Below, one piece after another: positions 31,747 to 38,014 of a DNA stretch of 51,901 nt. The DNA comes from a virus, in IMG/VR virus record IMGVR_UViG_3300009658_000001. One strand, 5' to 3'. Each line of letters opens with the position of its first letter. Positions within the stretch are counted from its first letter, which is position 1. The translations under genes and the position numbers were made by a program. Under the pieces are notes generated by a model that saw only the letters and a program-made list of their open reading frames with translations, had not been told where the DNA came from and did not search any database.

Positions 31747-31824
31747 CGTCCGGGAGTTTAGTTTGCGCTGCCGGGTGTCCCGGCACCCCTCCTTGTAGTT
31801 ATATACGTTACCGGCTCCCGGACG
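31747..31824 (+). repeat. GGCTCCCGGACG element, copy C
   Basis: Same architecture as B: CGTCCGGGAG ... GCCGGGtgtCCCGGCACC ... tatatacgttaccGGCTCCCGGACG. Confidence 0.7.
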
Positions 31825-31853
31825 TTCCGGAGTCATAAAACTTGGAGAGTGCG

Positions 31854-32252
31854 ATGAAGAGGTGGACCGAAGAGGAGCGCGGTGGCTCCGGAATTGATTC
31901 GCAGGGGAGGGTCCGCTGCCGTGACAGGTACGCGTACCAGAGACTGAGGGCCTTTGGCTTCTCGAAGCAGTTCATGATCGACCACTGGTACGTGCTGGAG
32001 CGCGACCGGGCACCGCCGATGACCATGCTGCAGAGGAAGGCCTGCAAGGTCTGCGGGGTCGTGAAGCGAAACGACTTCAAAGAGTTCCCGAAGGAGCAGT
32101 GGGGAGGCGCCGGGAAGCACACGACCGCCGACACGTGTCGGCTGTGCATGAGCAAGGCGATCTCGGACGGGCGCTTGCGAGAGATGGCGAAGGAGTGGGA
32201 GCAGCAAGTTGCGTACGAACAGTACGGCAGTGAAATGTGGGAGCCTAAGTGA
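31854..32252 (+). CDS. Hypothetical protein with two CxxC pairs
   Basis: ATG at 31854 after ggagag. It contains CKVCG...CRLC. The start codon lies inside a GTGCGATG motif. Confidence 0.5.
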   Translation: MKRWTEEERGGSGIDSQGRVRCRDRYAYQRLRAFGFSKQFMIDHWYVLERDRAPPMTMLQRKACKVCGVVKRNDFKEFPKEQWGGAGKHTTADTCRLCMSKAISDGRLREMAKEWEQQVAYEQYGSEMWEPK

Positions 32253-32439
32253 GCGCGGCCGGGAGACCTTCGCACAATGGGGCATAGAACGTTGTCCGGC
32301 TTGGTGAATTTACTTTGGGGGGACAACGTTGTGCGATGGTGTCCCCCTGGGCCGATCGATCAAATAAAACAGTCCGCGTTTTGGTGGACATCGTACATCG
32401 TGCGGTGCGATGTCGGTTGCACATAAGGTGTTGTCGCCG

Positions 32440-32700
32440 TTCGTTAGGGCCGGCAATCCGGTTGTATGTACCTAATTATAAAGTTAGATAGAATAAAAAA
32501 TAGCAGGGCCTAATAGTCCATGGTATGTATTGCCTGGAGGTGGATTATCGTATGTATTTTTTATTTTATATATATTGGTTCGTTAAATATGGTACACAAA
32601 AGCGGTAACGAAGTTTTTACGTTCCGTGATAATAACTTATGTAAACGGACCTCGACACCTGTCATGGGACATTTATGGGACATGGGGTTTAGGTCCCTGA
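32440..32700. other. Strongly AT-rich non-coding segment in an otherwise GC-rich genome
   Basis: It contains strings such as taattataaagttagatagaataaaaaatag and gtattttttattttatatatattgg, plus short repeats: GTATGTA three times and ATGGGACAT twice. Confidence 0.8.
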
Positions 32701-32848
32701 ATTGTATCCAGGTTGGGCCCTCGAGGATCGGCCACGGTGTCCGATGGACGTCGTCCTACGAACGCCCAGCTCAAAAAGTAAAATGTTTGATCAAAAAACA
32801 GCGCCCCTGGATCACGAAACCCGCTACAGATCAGTTCCTGGCATGGGC

Positions 32849-32860
32849 GGCTCCCGGACG
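32849..32860 (+). repeat. GGCTCCCGGACG element, copy D, core only
   Basis: Exact 12-mer without a recognisable 5' arm. Confidence 0.5.
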
Positions 32861-32916
32861 ATCCTCCGAAAGTACTTTGATCATGAATTATCAAAACCAA
32901 CGCTCTTCCCGACGTC

Positions 32917-32935
32917 GGGCGCGGTACAATTGTAC
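32917..32935 (+). promoter_or_regulatory. Promoter, class II, containing the perfect palindrome GTACAATTGTAC
   Basis: GGGCGCGGTACAATTGTAC. The palindrome spans 32924-32935. Confidence 0.5.
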
Positions 32936-32970
32936 TTGAGCGTTGATGCTCGAGCAACTAGGAGAATTCG

Positions 32971-33531
32971 ATGACGAAGGTTTTTGATCCCGTGAAAGAG
33001 TGTTCCGCGCTGACGGCGCGACTGGAGGCCCTCACTGCTACCGTGGACGAGCTCCGGAGGGCGTTGGACGCGGGCCGCGTGGAGGCGGCCGAGCTGAAGG
33101 GCGTGCTCGAGGAGCTGGCCGCCTCGAACAACGCCCTCGTGGAGGGCCAGGAGCAGCTGGAGGCGTCGTGCGCTGAGCTGACCAACGAGGTCCGGGGGGC
33201 GCTGAACGGGTTCGAGGAGCCGGAGGGCGGTGTTCCGGAGGACGAGTCCGACGAGCAGCGCGCGACGCGCGTGGGGCTGCTCGCGAGGGTGACCGATTTG
33301 GAGGCCCGCGTGCGCGGCCGCAACCGGAGCGCGCCCACGAAGCGCAACATGACGGACGCCGACGCGGTCCGGGTGCTGACCGGGGACGTGACGGCGCTCG
33401 GGCACAAGGAGGCGGGCGAGGCCGTCGGCCTCACGTACGCCCAGGTGTACTCCTGCCGCATGGAGTACACCTTCAAGCACGTCCACAAGAAGCTCCGCGA
33501 CGACGGCTGGAAGAACCCGTTCACGAGGTAG
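32971..33531 (+). CDS. Coiled-coil protein with a C-terminal HTH-like domain, paralogue of 34404..34700
   Basis: The C-terminal MTDADAVRVLTGDVTALGHKEAGEAVGLTYAQVYSCRMEYTFKHVHKKLRDDGWKNPFTR aligns with the C-terminus of the minus-strand 98-aa protein. Confidence 0.6.
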   Translation: MTKVFDPVKECSALTARLEALTATVDELRRALDAGRVEAAELKGVLEELAASNNALVEGQEQLEASCAELTNEVRGALNGFEEPEGGVPEDESDEQRATRVGLLARVTDLEARVRGRNRSAPTKRNMTDADAVRVLTGDVTALGHKEAGEAVGLTYAQVYSCRMEYTFKHVHKKLRDDGWKNPFTR

Positions 33532-33538
33532 GTTTCGG

Positions 33539-33566
33539 GGGCCGCCGTTGCGAGCGGCCCGATTTT
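33539..33566 (+). terminator. Rho-independent terminator after 32971..33531
   Basis: Stem GGGCCGC / GCGGCCC with loop cgttgcga, followed by gatttt. Confidence 0.7.
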
Positions 33567-33577
33567 GGGCTCCGAAG

Positions 33578-33673
33578 CCCGCTGGGGCTGACGGGCGCGG
33601 GCGGACCCGCTGGGGCTGACGGGCGCGGGCGGACCCGCTGGGGCGGGGACCCGAAGACCGAGGCCCGCTGGGG
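33578..33673. repeat. CCCGCTGGGG iterons: four copies, the first two as exact 28-bp tandem units
   Basis: Copies at 33578, 33606, 33634 and 33664. The unit is cccgctggggctgacgggcgcgggcgga. The array lies between two convergent terminators. Confidence 0.85.
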
Positions 33674-33686
33674 ACCGGGCGCGCGG

Positions 33687-33708
33687 AAAAGGCCGCCCGC
33701 GGGCGGCC
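33687..33708 (-). terminator. Rho-independent terminator of the minus-strand operon
   Basis: Palindrome GGCCGCCCGCGGGCGGCC followed on the minus strand by TTTT. Confidence 0.7.
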
Positions 33709-33762
33709 TCGGTCAGCGGTTGCGCTTGTGGAGGACGAGGAGGTAGGCGATCAGGAGGGCGG

Positions 33763-33894
33763 TCACTTGCGGCTCCATACCGCCAGGACCGCGCCGGCGG
33801 CCAAGGTGACGACCCCGGTGTAGAGGCCGCCGAAGTGGGTCACGGCGGGCGACGCCACGACGAGGGCGAGGGCGAGGGCTGCGCGGACGTTCAT
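33763..33894 (-). CDS. Small membrane protein of 43 aa
   Basis: Internal ATG with GGAG about 9 nt upstream. The sequence is hydrophobic: MNVRAALALALVVASPAVTHFGGLYTGVVTLAAGAVLAVWSRK. Confidence 0.4.
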   Translation of the reverse strand: MNVRAALALALVVASPAVTHFGGLYTGVVTLAAGAVLAVWSRK

Positions 33895-33975
33895 CGAATG
33901 GCTCCGGACGGTAGGAGGATTTTCCAGCGGCGTTCGACGTCGCACCAGTAGAAGAAGATCGAGGAGCGCGGGGCG

Positions 33976-34212
33976 TCAGGCATACAGGCCTCCCTGAGGA
34001 ATTCGCACGTCGGTCACGTAGTCCGTGGTGCTGCAGTAGAAGTAGTCCCCGGGCGGCAAACCGTTCTGTGCGACGAGCTCCGGAGCGAGGCGCACGTTGG
34101 GGTCGGGGCTCTTGCCCAGCTGAAACCAGTGAAATGCTACGCGCTTGGTCTTGTAGACGCAGCCTTCGCGCATTTCAGTGATCTTGAACACGTCCATCTT
34201 GACGTACATCAT
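33976..34212 (-). CDS. Hypothetical protein of 78 aa
   Basis: ATGATG start at 34212 within the track ORF 33976..34266. Confidence 0.45.
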   Translation of the reverse strand: MMYVKMDVFKITEMREGCVYKTKRVAFHWFQLGKSPDPNVRLAPELVAQNGLPPGDYFYCSTTDYVTDVRIPQGGLYA

Positions 34213-34403
34213 GATCACAGTCCCAGCAAGCGGCGGAGCCAGTGCTTCGGGCGGGGCCGGACGCACGTCGACGGCACGGTCCAGGTTGGGAGGCTCTTCG
34301 CCAGTTCGAGGTTCGCGGTGTATTCGGACATGGTGTTCTCCAAGGTAACTGGGTCAGGGAGTTGGCCCAGTTTATTGGAGGGAGGCCGAAGCCTCCCGGG
34401 GTA

Positions 34404-34700
34404 TCACTTCGTCCAGGCGTTCTTGAAGCCGTCGTTCTTCAGCTCCTTGTGGACGTCCTTGAAGGTGAACTCCAGCCGGCAGCTGTAGATCTGGCCGTAG
34501 GTCAGCCCGAGCGCCTCGGCCGCGGCCTTGTGCTTGGCGTCCTTCAGGTCGCCGGTCAGGATCCGACGCGCGTCGTCCTTGGTCATCTCCTTCGCTTCGG
34601 CCTTCGTCGGCTTGGCTTCGAGGACTTCGATCCGAGCTTGGAGTTGATTCACGAGTTCGACGAGTTCGTTGATCGTGATTTGCTTGGTTGCGTTCGACAT
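34404..34700 (-). CDS. Coiled-coil protein with a C-terminal HTH-like domain; first gene of the only minus-strand operon
   Basis: GGAG lies 7 nt upstream of the ATG. The C-terminal MTKDDARRILTGDLKDAKHKAAAEALGLTYGQIYSCRLEFTFKDVHKELKNDGFKNAWTK is paralogous to 32971..33531. Confidence 0.6.
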   Translation of the reverse strand: MSNATKQITINELVELVNQLQARIEVLEAKPTKAEAKEMTKDDARRILTGDLKDAKHKAAAEALGLTYGQIYSCRLEFTFKDVHKELKNDGFKNAWTK

Positions 34701-34808
34701 GAGTTTCTCCGGTTATGTGTGTCGGAAGTGACACACAAGATACTTATCGATTCCAATGAGTATCTTGTGTATCAGTTGTAAGATTCTGTAATTTGCCTTT
34801 CAAGTGAT

Positions 34809-34880
34809 ATTTGGTGTGCGATGAATTCATTATACTGATGCCGGAGTCGGGTGCTGACCGAGTGTGTAATGATTTGTATC
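34809..34880. repeat. 72-bp perfect direct repeat, copy 1
   Basis: atttggtgtgcgatgaattcattatactgatgccggagtcgggtgctgaccgagtgtgtaatgatttgtatc. Confidence 0.9.
34829..34857 (-). promoter_or_regulatory. Candidate leftward promoter 1 for the minus-strand operon, inside 72-bp repeat copy 1
   Basis: A perfect TATAAT lies on the minus strand (34834..34829), followed by CATCGCAC, the reverse complement of GTGCGATG. The -35 is weak. Confidence 0.4.
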
Positions 34881-34896
34881 AGCTTTCGTATGCATC

Positions 34897-34968
34897 ATTT
34901 GGTGTGCGATGAATTCATTATACTGATGCCGGAGTCGGGTGCTGACCGAGTGTGTAATGATTTGTATC
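34897..34968. repeat. 72-bp perfect direct repeat, copy 2, with a period of 88 bp
   Basis: Identical to 34809..34880. The 16-bp spacer is agctttcgtatgcatc. Confidence 0.9.
34917..34945 (-). promoter_or_regulatory. Candidate leftward promoter 2, inside 72-bp repeat copy 2
   Basis: Same sequence as copy 1, shifted by 88 bp. Confidence 0.4.
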
Positions 34969-35154
34969 TGAGATTGTAACGGAAAATGTAATAAGATTGT
35001 AACGATCATCGTTGACCGAATTAGTCAACGATCATTACGCACAGTTACATCGGTTACAGATTATTACGCGAGGGGCCCCCTTCGCCCGGCCACGCCCGCG
35101 GGCCAGGCTTCCAGGCATTTTGAAGAATGTGGCCAGAAACAGTGTTCCGGGCGG

Positions 35155-35351
35155 TCGATGTGCGATGTGCGATGAAGCATGATCGGAAGCATGATCGGAA
35201 GATCGATGAGGCATGATCGGAAGATCGATGTGGCACGATTGCAGAGATTTGGTGCGTGCTGCGCGAATAAGGTCGATGTGCGATGAGGCATGATTGGAGG
35301 ATCGATGTGCGATGTTTACAAGGGTTCGCCTGCACAAGTCGATGTGCGATG
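35155..35351. repeat. Array of TCGATGTGCGATG and GCATGATCGGAA short direct repeats
   Basis: TCGATGTGCGATG occurs at 35155, 35273, 35302 and 35339. GCATGATCGGAA occurs at 35177, 35189 and 35211. Degenerate variants lie between them. Confidence 0.85.
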
Positions 35352-35401
35352 TTTCACGAATTTGAGTCAGGGTCCTAAGAACTTTGATCATTCAGTTCCA
35401 C

Positions 35402-35440
35402 GATCAAAGTCCTCCAGGGCGACCTCCACCGCGGTATAAT
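35402..35440 (+). promoter_or_regulatory. Late-operon promoter with a consensus TATAAT but a poor -35
   Basis: GATCAAAG (35402-35409) ... TATAAT (35435-35440). The upstream ttgatcattcagt.c.acgatcaaag block is shared with 23643-23667. Confidence 0.55.
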
Positions 35441-35462
35441 ACCGTCCAAGGAACGTCGCGCG

Positions 35463-35798
35463 ATGCCGAACCAACTCACCGTGATGCAGGCCCGGCACTC
35501 AGGAGTGCTGGCCGTCGTCAACGCCCGCTACCCCAACTACCACCCGGTGTTGGCGATGGTGGACCTTGCGCACCGGGCCGACGTCATGGGTCAGGACCCG
35601 AAGCTGGAGTTCGAGATCCACAAGGCGGTTGCGCCATACTGCGAAGCGCGGCTCAGCTCCGTGGAGGTGAAGCCCCCGCAGGACCCCGCCCGCGTCATCG
35701 TGTCGCTCTTCGAGGACGTGCAGCTCGAGAGCGGTGAAACTGTTTCGGTCGAGGTTCCGCTGGTGCGGGAGCTCGAGGAACTTGTGCCACTGGACTGA
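35463..35798 (+). CDS. First gene of the late operon; possible small terminase subunit
   Basis: 111-aa ORF downstream of the TATAAT promoter at 35402..35440. The DPKLEFEIHKAVAPYCEARL pattern resembles some small terminases. Weak call. Confidence 0.35.
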   Translation: MPNQLTVMQARHSGVLAVVNARYPNYHPVLAMVDLAHRADVMGQDPKLEFEIHKAVAPYCEARLSSVEVKPPQDPARVIVSLFEDVQLESGETVSVEVPLVRELEELVPLD

Positions 35799-35811
35799 AA
35801 GGAGCCCTAAA

Positions 35812-36276
35812 ATGGCAGTCGAAGTCGTCTCCACCATCAACAAATCACAGACGGTCAACTCCGTCGCGATTGGCGCCTACGCGCGGCAGAAGCGTGACAC
35901 TGTCACGCCCGAGCTGACCGCTGCCTCGGTCGCCCGGACCCTCTACTTGCTGGACCTGAAGGGCGACGTCGGCGCGCGTCGCACCGAGTACGCGTACACG
36001 CCCGCCACCACGAACGTGATCACGCTGCCGGCCGACGCCGAGCTGGTGCTGCTGAAGCATGAGTCGACGATCGCCGCGCTGGAGCTCGTGCTGCCGAGCG
36101 CGACCGCCCGTGACGGCCAGGTGATCACGGTGAGCAGTCTGTCGATCGTGACCGCGCTGACCTTCACGGTGGGCAGCGGGTTCACGGCCGTCGGGGCGCT
36201 CACGGCGCTGACTGCCGGCGGCTTCGCGAGTTACATCTTCGACAAGCCCGGCAAGGTGTGGCGCCGAATCGCGTAG
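35812..36276 (+). CDS. Hypothetical late protein
   Basis: ATG at 35812 after ggagcc. 154 aa. Confidence 0.5.
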   Translation: MAVEVVSTINKSQTVNSVAIGAYARQKRDTVTPELTAASVARTLYLLDLKGDVGARRTEYAYTPATTNVITLPADAELVLLKHESTIAALELVLPSATARDGQVITVSSLSIVTALTFTVGSGFTAVGALTALTAGGFASYIFDKPGKVWRRIA

Positions 36277-36665
36277 TGCAGCAGTCGCCGGCCCAGTGGC
36301 CGACGGACCTCGTGACGTTGGTCATCGCCCTGCTGAGCGGGTGGTTGGCCGAGGACGTCGCCAGGACGGTCGGCCCGTACCTCGTCATCGTGGCCGCGGC
36401 TCTGCTGAGCGCGGCCGTCGCCACGAGCGGAGAATCGCACGGGTCGGTCTGGGCAGTCGCGCGGACGATGGTTTCCAGGGTGGGGCTCGCTGTGATCGGC
36501 ACGGTGCCGCTCGCGATCGGGCTCACGAAGCTGGTGGGGTTGGAGGTGCAGTGGCTGCTGGCGCCGGTCGCGGTGCTGATAGCGGCGAACCCTAGGCTCG
36601 TGTGGGCGGAGCTTAGGGCGAGGTTCGGCGCCCGCAAGGAGCGCGGAGATGATTCGCAGGGTTGA
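36276..36665 (+). CDS. Multi-TM membrane protein, holin candidate
   Basis: GTG overlapping the upstream TAG. Three to four hydrophobic segments. Lies upstream of the endolysin. Confidence 0.5.
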   Translation: MQQSPAQWPTDLVTLVIALLSGWLAEDVARTVGPYLVIVAAALLSAAVATSGESHGSVWAVARTMVSRVGLAVIGTVPLAIGLTKLVGLEVQWLLAPVAVLIAANPRLVWAELRARFGARKERGDDSQG

Positions 36666-37035
36666 GATGTGGCACTGGGTCGGCGGCGGGGCGACGGTGC
36701 TGGCCTGGGCGATGTGGCGCGACCGACAGGTCGAGCTGCTGTGGCTGCTGAACACAGTGGTGTGCCTCACGGTCATGTGGTCGTGCTTGTGCAGGTTCGC
36801 CGTGATGGACCGAGAGAGCACGGCCTGGGACTGGCGCGAGCGGTACGTGCTGATATTCGTGACCGCTGCGTGCGGGGTGATGGCGCCCTGGCTGCTGGGC
36901 GAGCGGCCGGGGTTCATGCAGGTCATGACGTGGCTGGCGCTGCTGAGGCTCATCGAGGTGAACGGCGGTGGGTGGCGCGAGGCGGTCCCGGAGTACGCCA
37001 GGACCGACCATGGCGAGTTGGAGGACGTGAGATGA
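36649..37035 (+). CDS. Multi-TM membrane protein, holin or antiholin candidate
   Basis: 128-aa ORF rich in Trp, with several hydrophobic segments. Confidence 0.5.
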   Translation: MIRRVEMWHWVGGGATVLAWAMWRDRQVELLWLLNTVVCLTVMWSCLCRFAVMDRESTAWDWRERYVLIFVTAACGVMAPWLLGERPGFMQVMTWLALLRLIEVNGGGWREAVPEYARTDHGELEDVR

Positions 37036-37184
37036 TCGAGGGACTTGCGTTCGTCGCGGGCGCGGCGGTCGGGGCCTGGGGCTACCGCTACTGGCTGAAG
37101 CGTGACCCGGAGCGCCTCGAGGCGTGGGCCAAGCGACTCAAGGCGTTGGCTGAGCAGGTTCAGCTCGACAGGATGGACAAGTGA
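37032..37184 (+). CDS. Small single-TM protein in the lysis cassette
   Basis: ATGA overlap start. 50 aa, beginning MIEGLAFVAGAAVGAWGYRYW. Confidence 0.5.
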   Translation: MIEGLAFVAGAAVGAWGYRYWLKRDPERLEAWAKRLKALAEQVQLDRMDK

Positions 37185-37696
37185 GCGTCGAGGCGAACGT
37201 CAAGGCCTTTCTGCGGGCGATTGTGTTCGCGGAGGGTACGGCGCGCCACCCGCGCACGGGGGCGGCGCTCGACCCCTACCGCGTCTGCTACGGCTACTCG
37301 CACACGGTGCAGGACCTGCGCGACCACCCGGCGCTGACCGGCGAGTGGAAGGGGGAGCGCTTGCCGGCGGAGATGTGCCGGCGGGCGGGGTTTCCGAGCG
37401 GCGTGTGCTACAGCTCGGCGGCCGGGGCGTACCAAATCATCAAACCGACGTGGGTCCGCGTCAAGGGGCGACTCGGGCTGCCTGACTTCGGGCCGGAGTC
37501 GCAGGACTTGGCGGCGGTCGAGCTGATCAGGGCCCGAGGGGCGTTGGCCGACGTGCGGGCGGGGAGGTTTGACGTCGCGGTGCGCAGGTGCGCGGCCGAG
37601 TGGGCCTCTCTGCCGGGCAACGCGGCCGGTCAGCCTCAGCGCCGGCGGGACGACTTGGTGGCGGCCTACATGGCCGCCGGTGGAGAAGTGGCGTGA
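37181..37696 (+). CDS. Endolysin, lambda R-like lytic transglycosylase (GH104-like)
   Basis: GTGA overlap start. Motifs FLRAIVFAEGT, SAAGAYQI and AAEWASLPG. Confidence 0.75.
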   Translation: MSVEANVKAFLRAIVFAEGTARHPRTGAALDPYRVCYGYSHTVQDLRDHPALTGEWKGERLPAEMCRRAGFPSGVCYSSAAGAYQIIKPTWVRVKGRLGLPDFGPESQDLAAVELIRARGALADVRAGRFDVAVRRCAAEWASLPGNAAGQPQRRRDDLVAAYMAAGGEVA

Positions 37697-38010
37697 TCGG
37701 GTGGCTCAAGCGGCTGCTCGGTTGCGATAAGCTGGCGCAGCTTCGCGCCGATATTCGTGAACTGAAGGAGTTTCTCATGGCAACGCAATCCGAGGTCGCT
37801 CAGACCCTGACCGACCTGACCGCCCAGGTGGCGAAGATCGGCGAAGAGACCCGCGCCCTGCTGGACCGCATCGCGGACCTGCAGGAGGCGGTCGACAACG
37901 CCGGCTCGGTCGACCCTGCCGTACTGGACGCGCTCGCCGCGCTGCAGGCCCAGGTGACGGTCGTCGACGACTTGGTCCCGGACCCCGCGCCGGAAGAGCC
38001 GCAGGAGTAA
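37693..38010 (+). CDS. Coiled-coil hypothetical protein (alternative start ATG 37777 after aaggag)
   Basis: GTGA overlap start with the endolysin. The C-terminus is acidic. Confidence 0.45.
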   Translation: MIGWLKRLLGCDKLAQLRADIRELKEFLMATQSEVAQTLTDLTAQVAKIGEETRALLDRIADLQEAVDNAGSVDPAVLDALAALQAQVTVVDDLVPDPAPEEPQE

Positions 38011-38014
38011 CGGC

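Noticed and set aside
32836-32860. A sigma54-type promoter (TGGCAT...GC) overlapping element D, and the GGCTCCCGGACG elements considered as phage-RNA-polymerase promoters.
   Set aside because: The GG-to-GC spacing is 10 nt, not 12 nt. No single-subunit RNA polymerase or sigma-factor gene is recognisable in the closed genome.
32520-32939. The 139-aa + strand ORF in the AT-rich region.
   Set aside because: It reads through the AT-rich block, element D and the promoter at 32917. It has an implausible composition, no RBS and no recognisable motif.
33578-33673. The 28-bp tandem repeats considered as a possible CRISPR array.
   Set aside because: Only two full units are present. They are directly adjacent with no spacers, and there are no cas genes. 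They are better described as iterons.
35035-35391. Three overlapping minus-strand ORFs of 75-118 aa with reiterated HRSS/IDL peptides.
   Set aside because: Their repetitiveness simply mirrors the TCGATGTGCGATG/GCATGATCGGAA DNA repeats, and all three frames are open. This is consistent with non-coding repeat DNA.
31603-35462. The island considered as a lysogeny module.
   Set aside because: There is no integrase, excisionase, CI/Cro-like pair, ParAB or attP-like sequence. The HTH proteins do not resemble known repressors. A temperate lifestyle cannot be claimed from this sequence.
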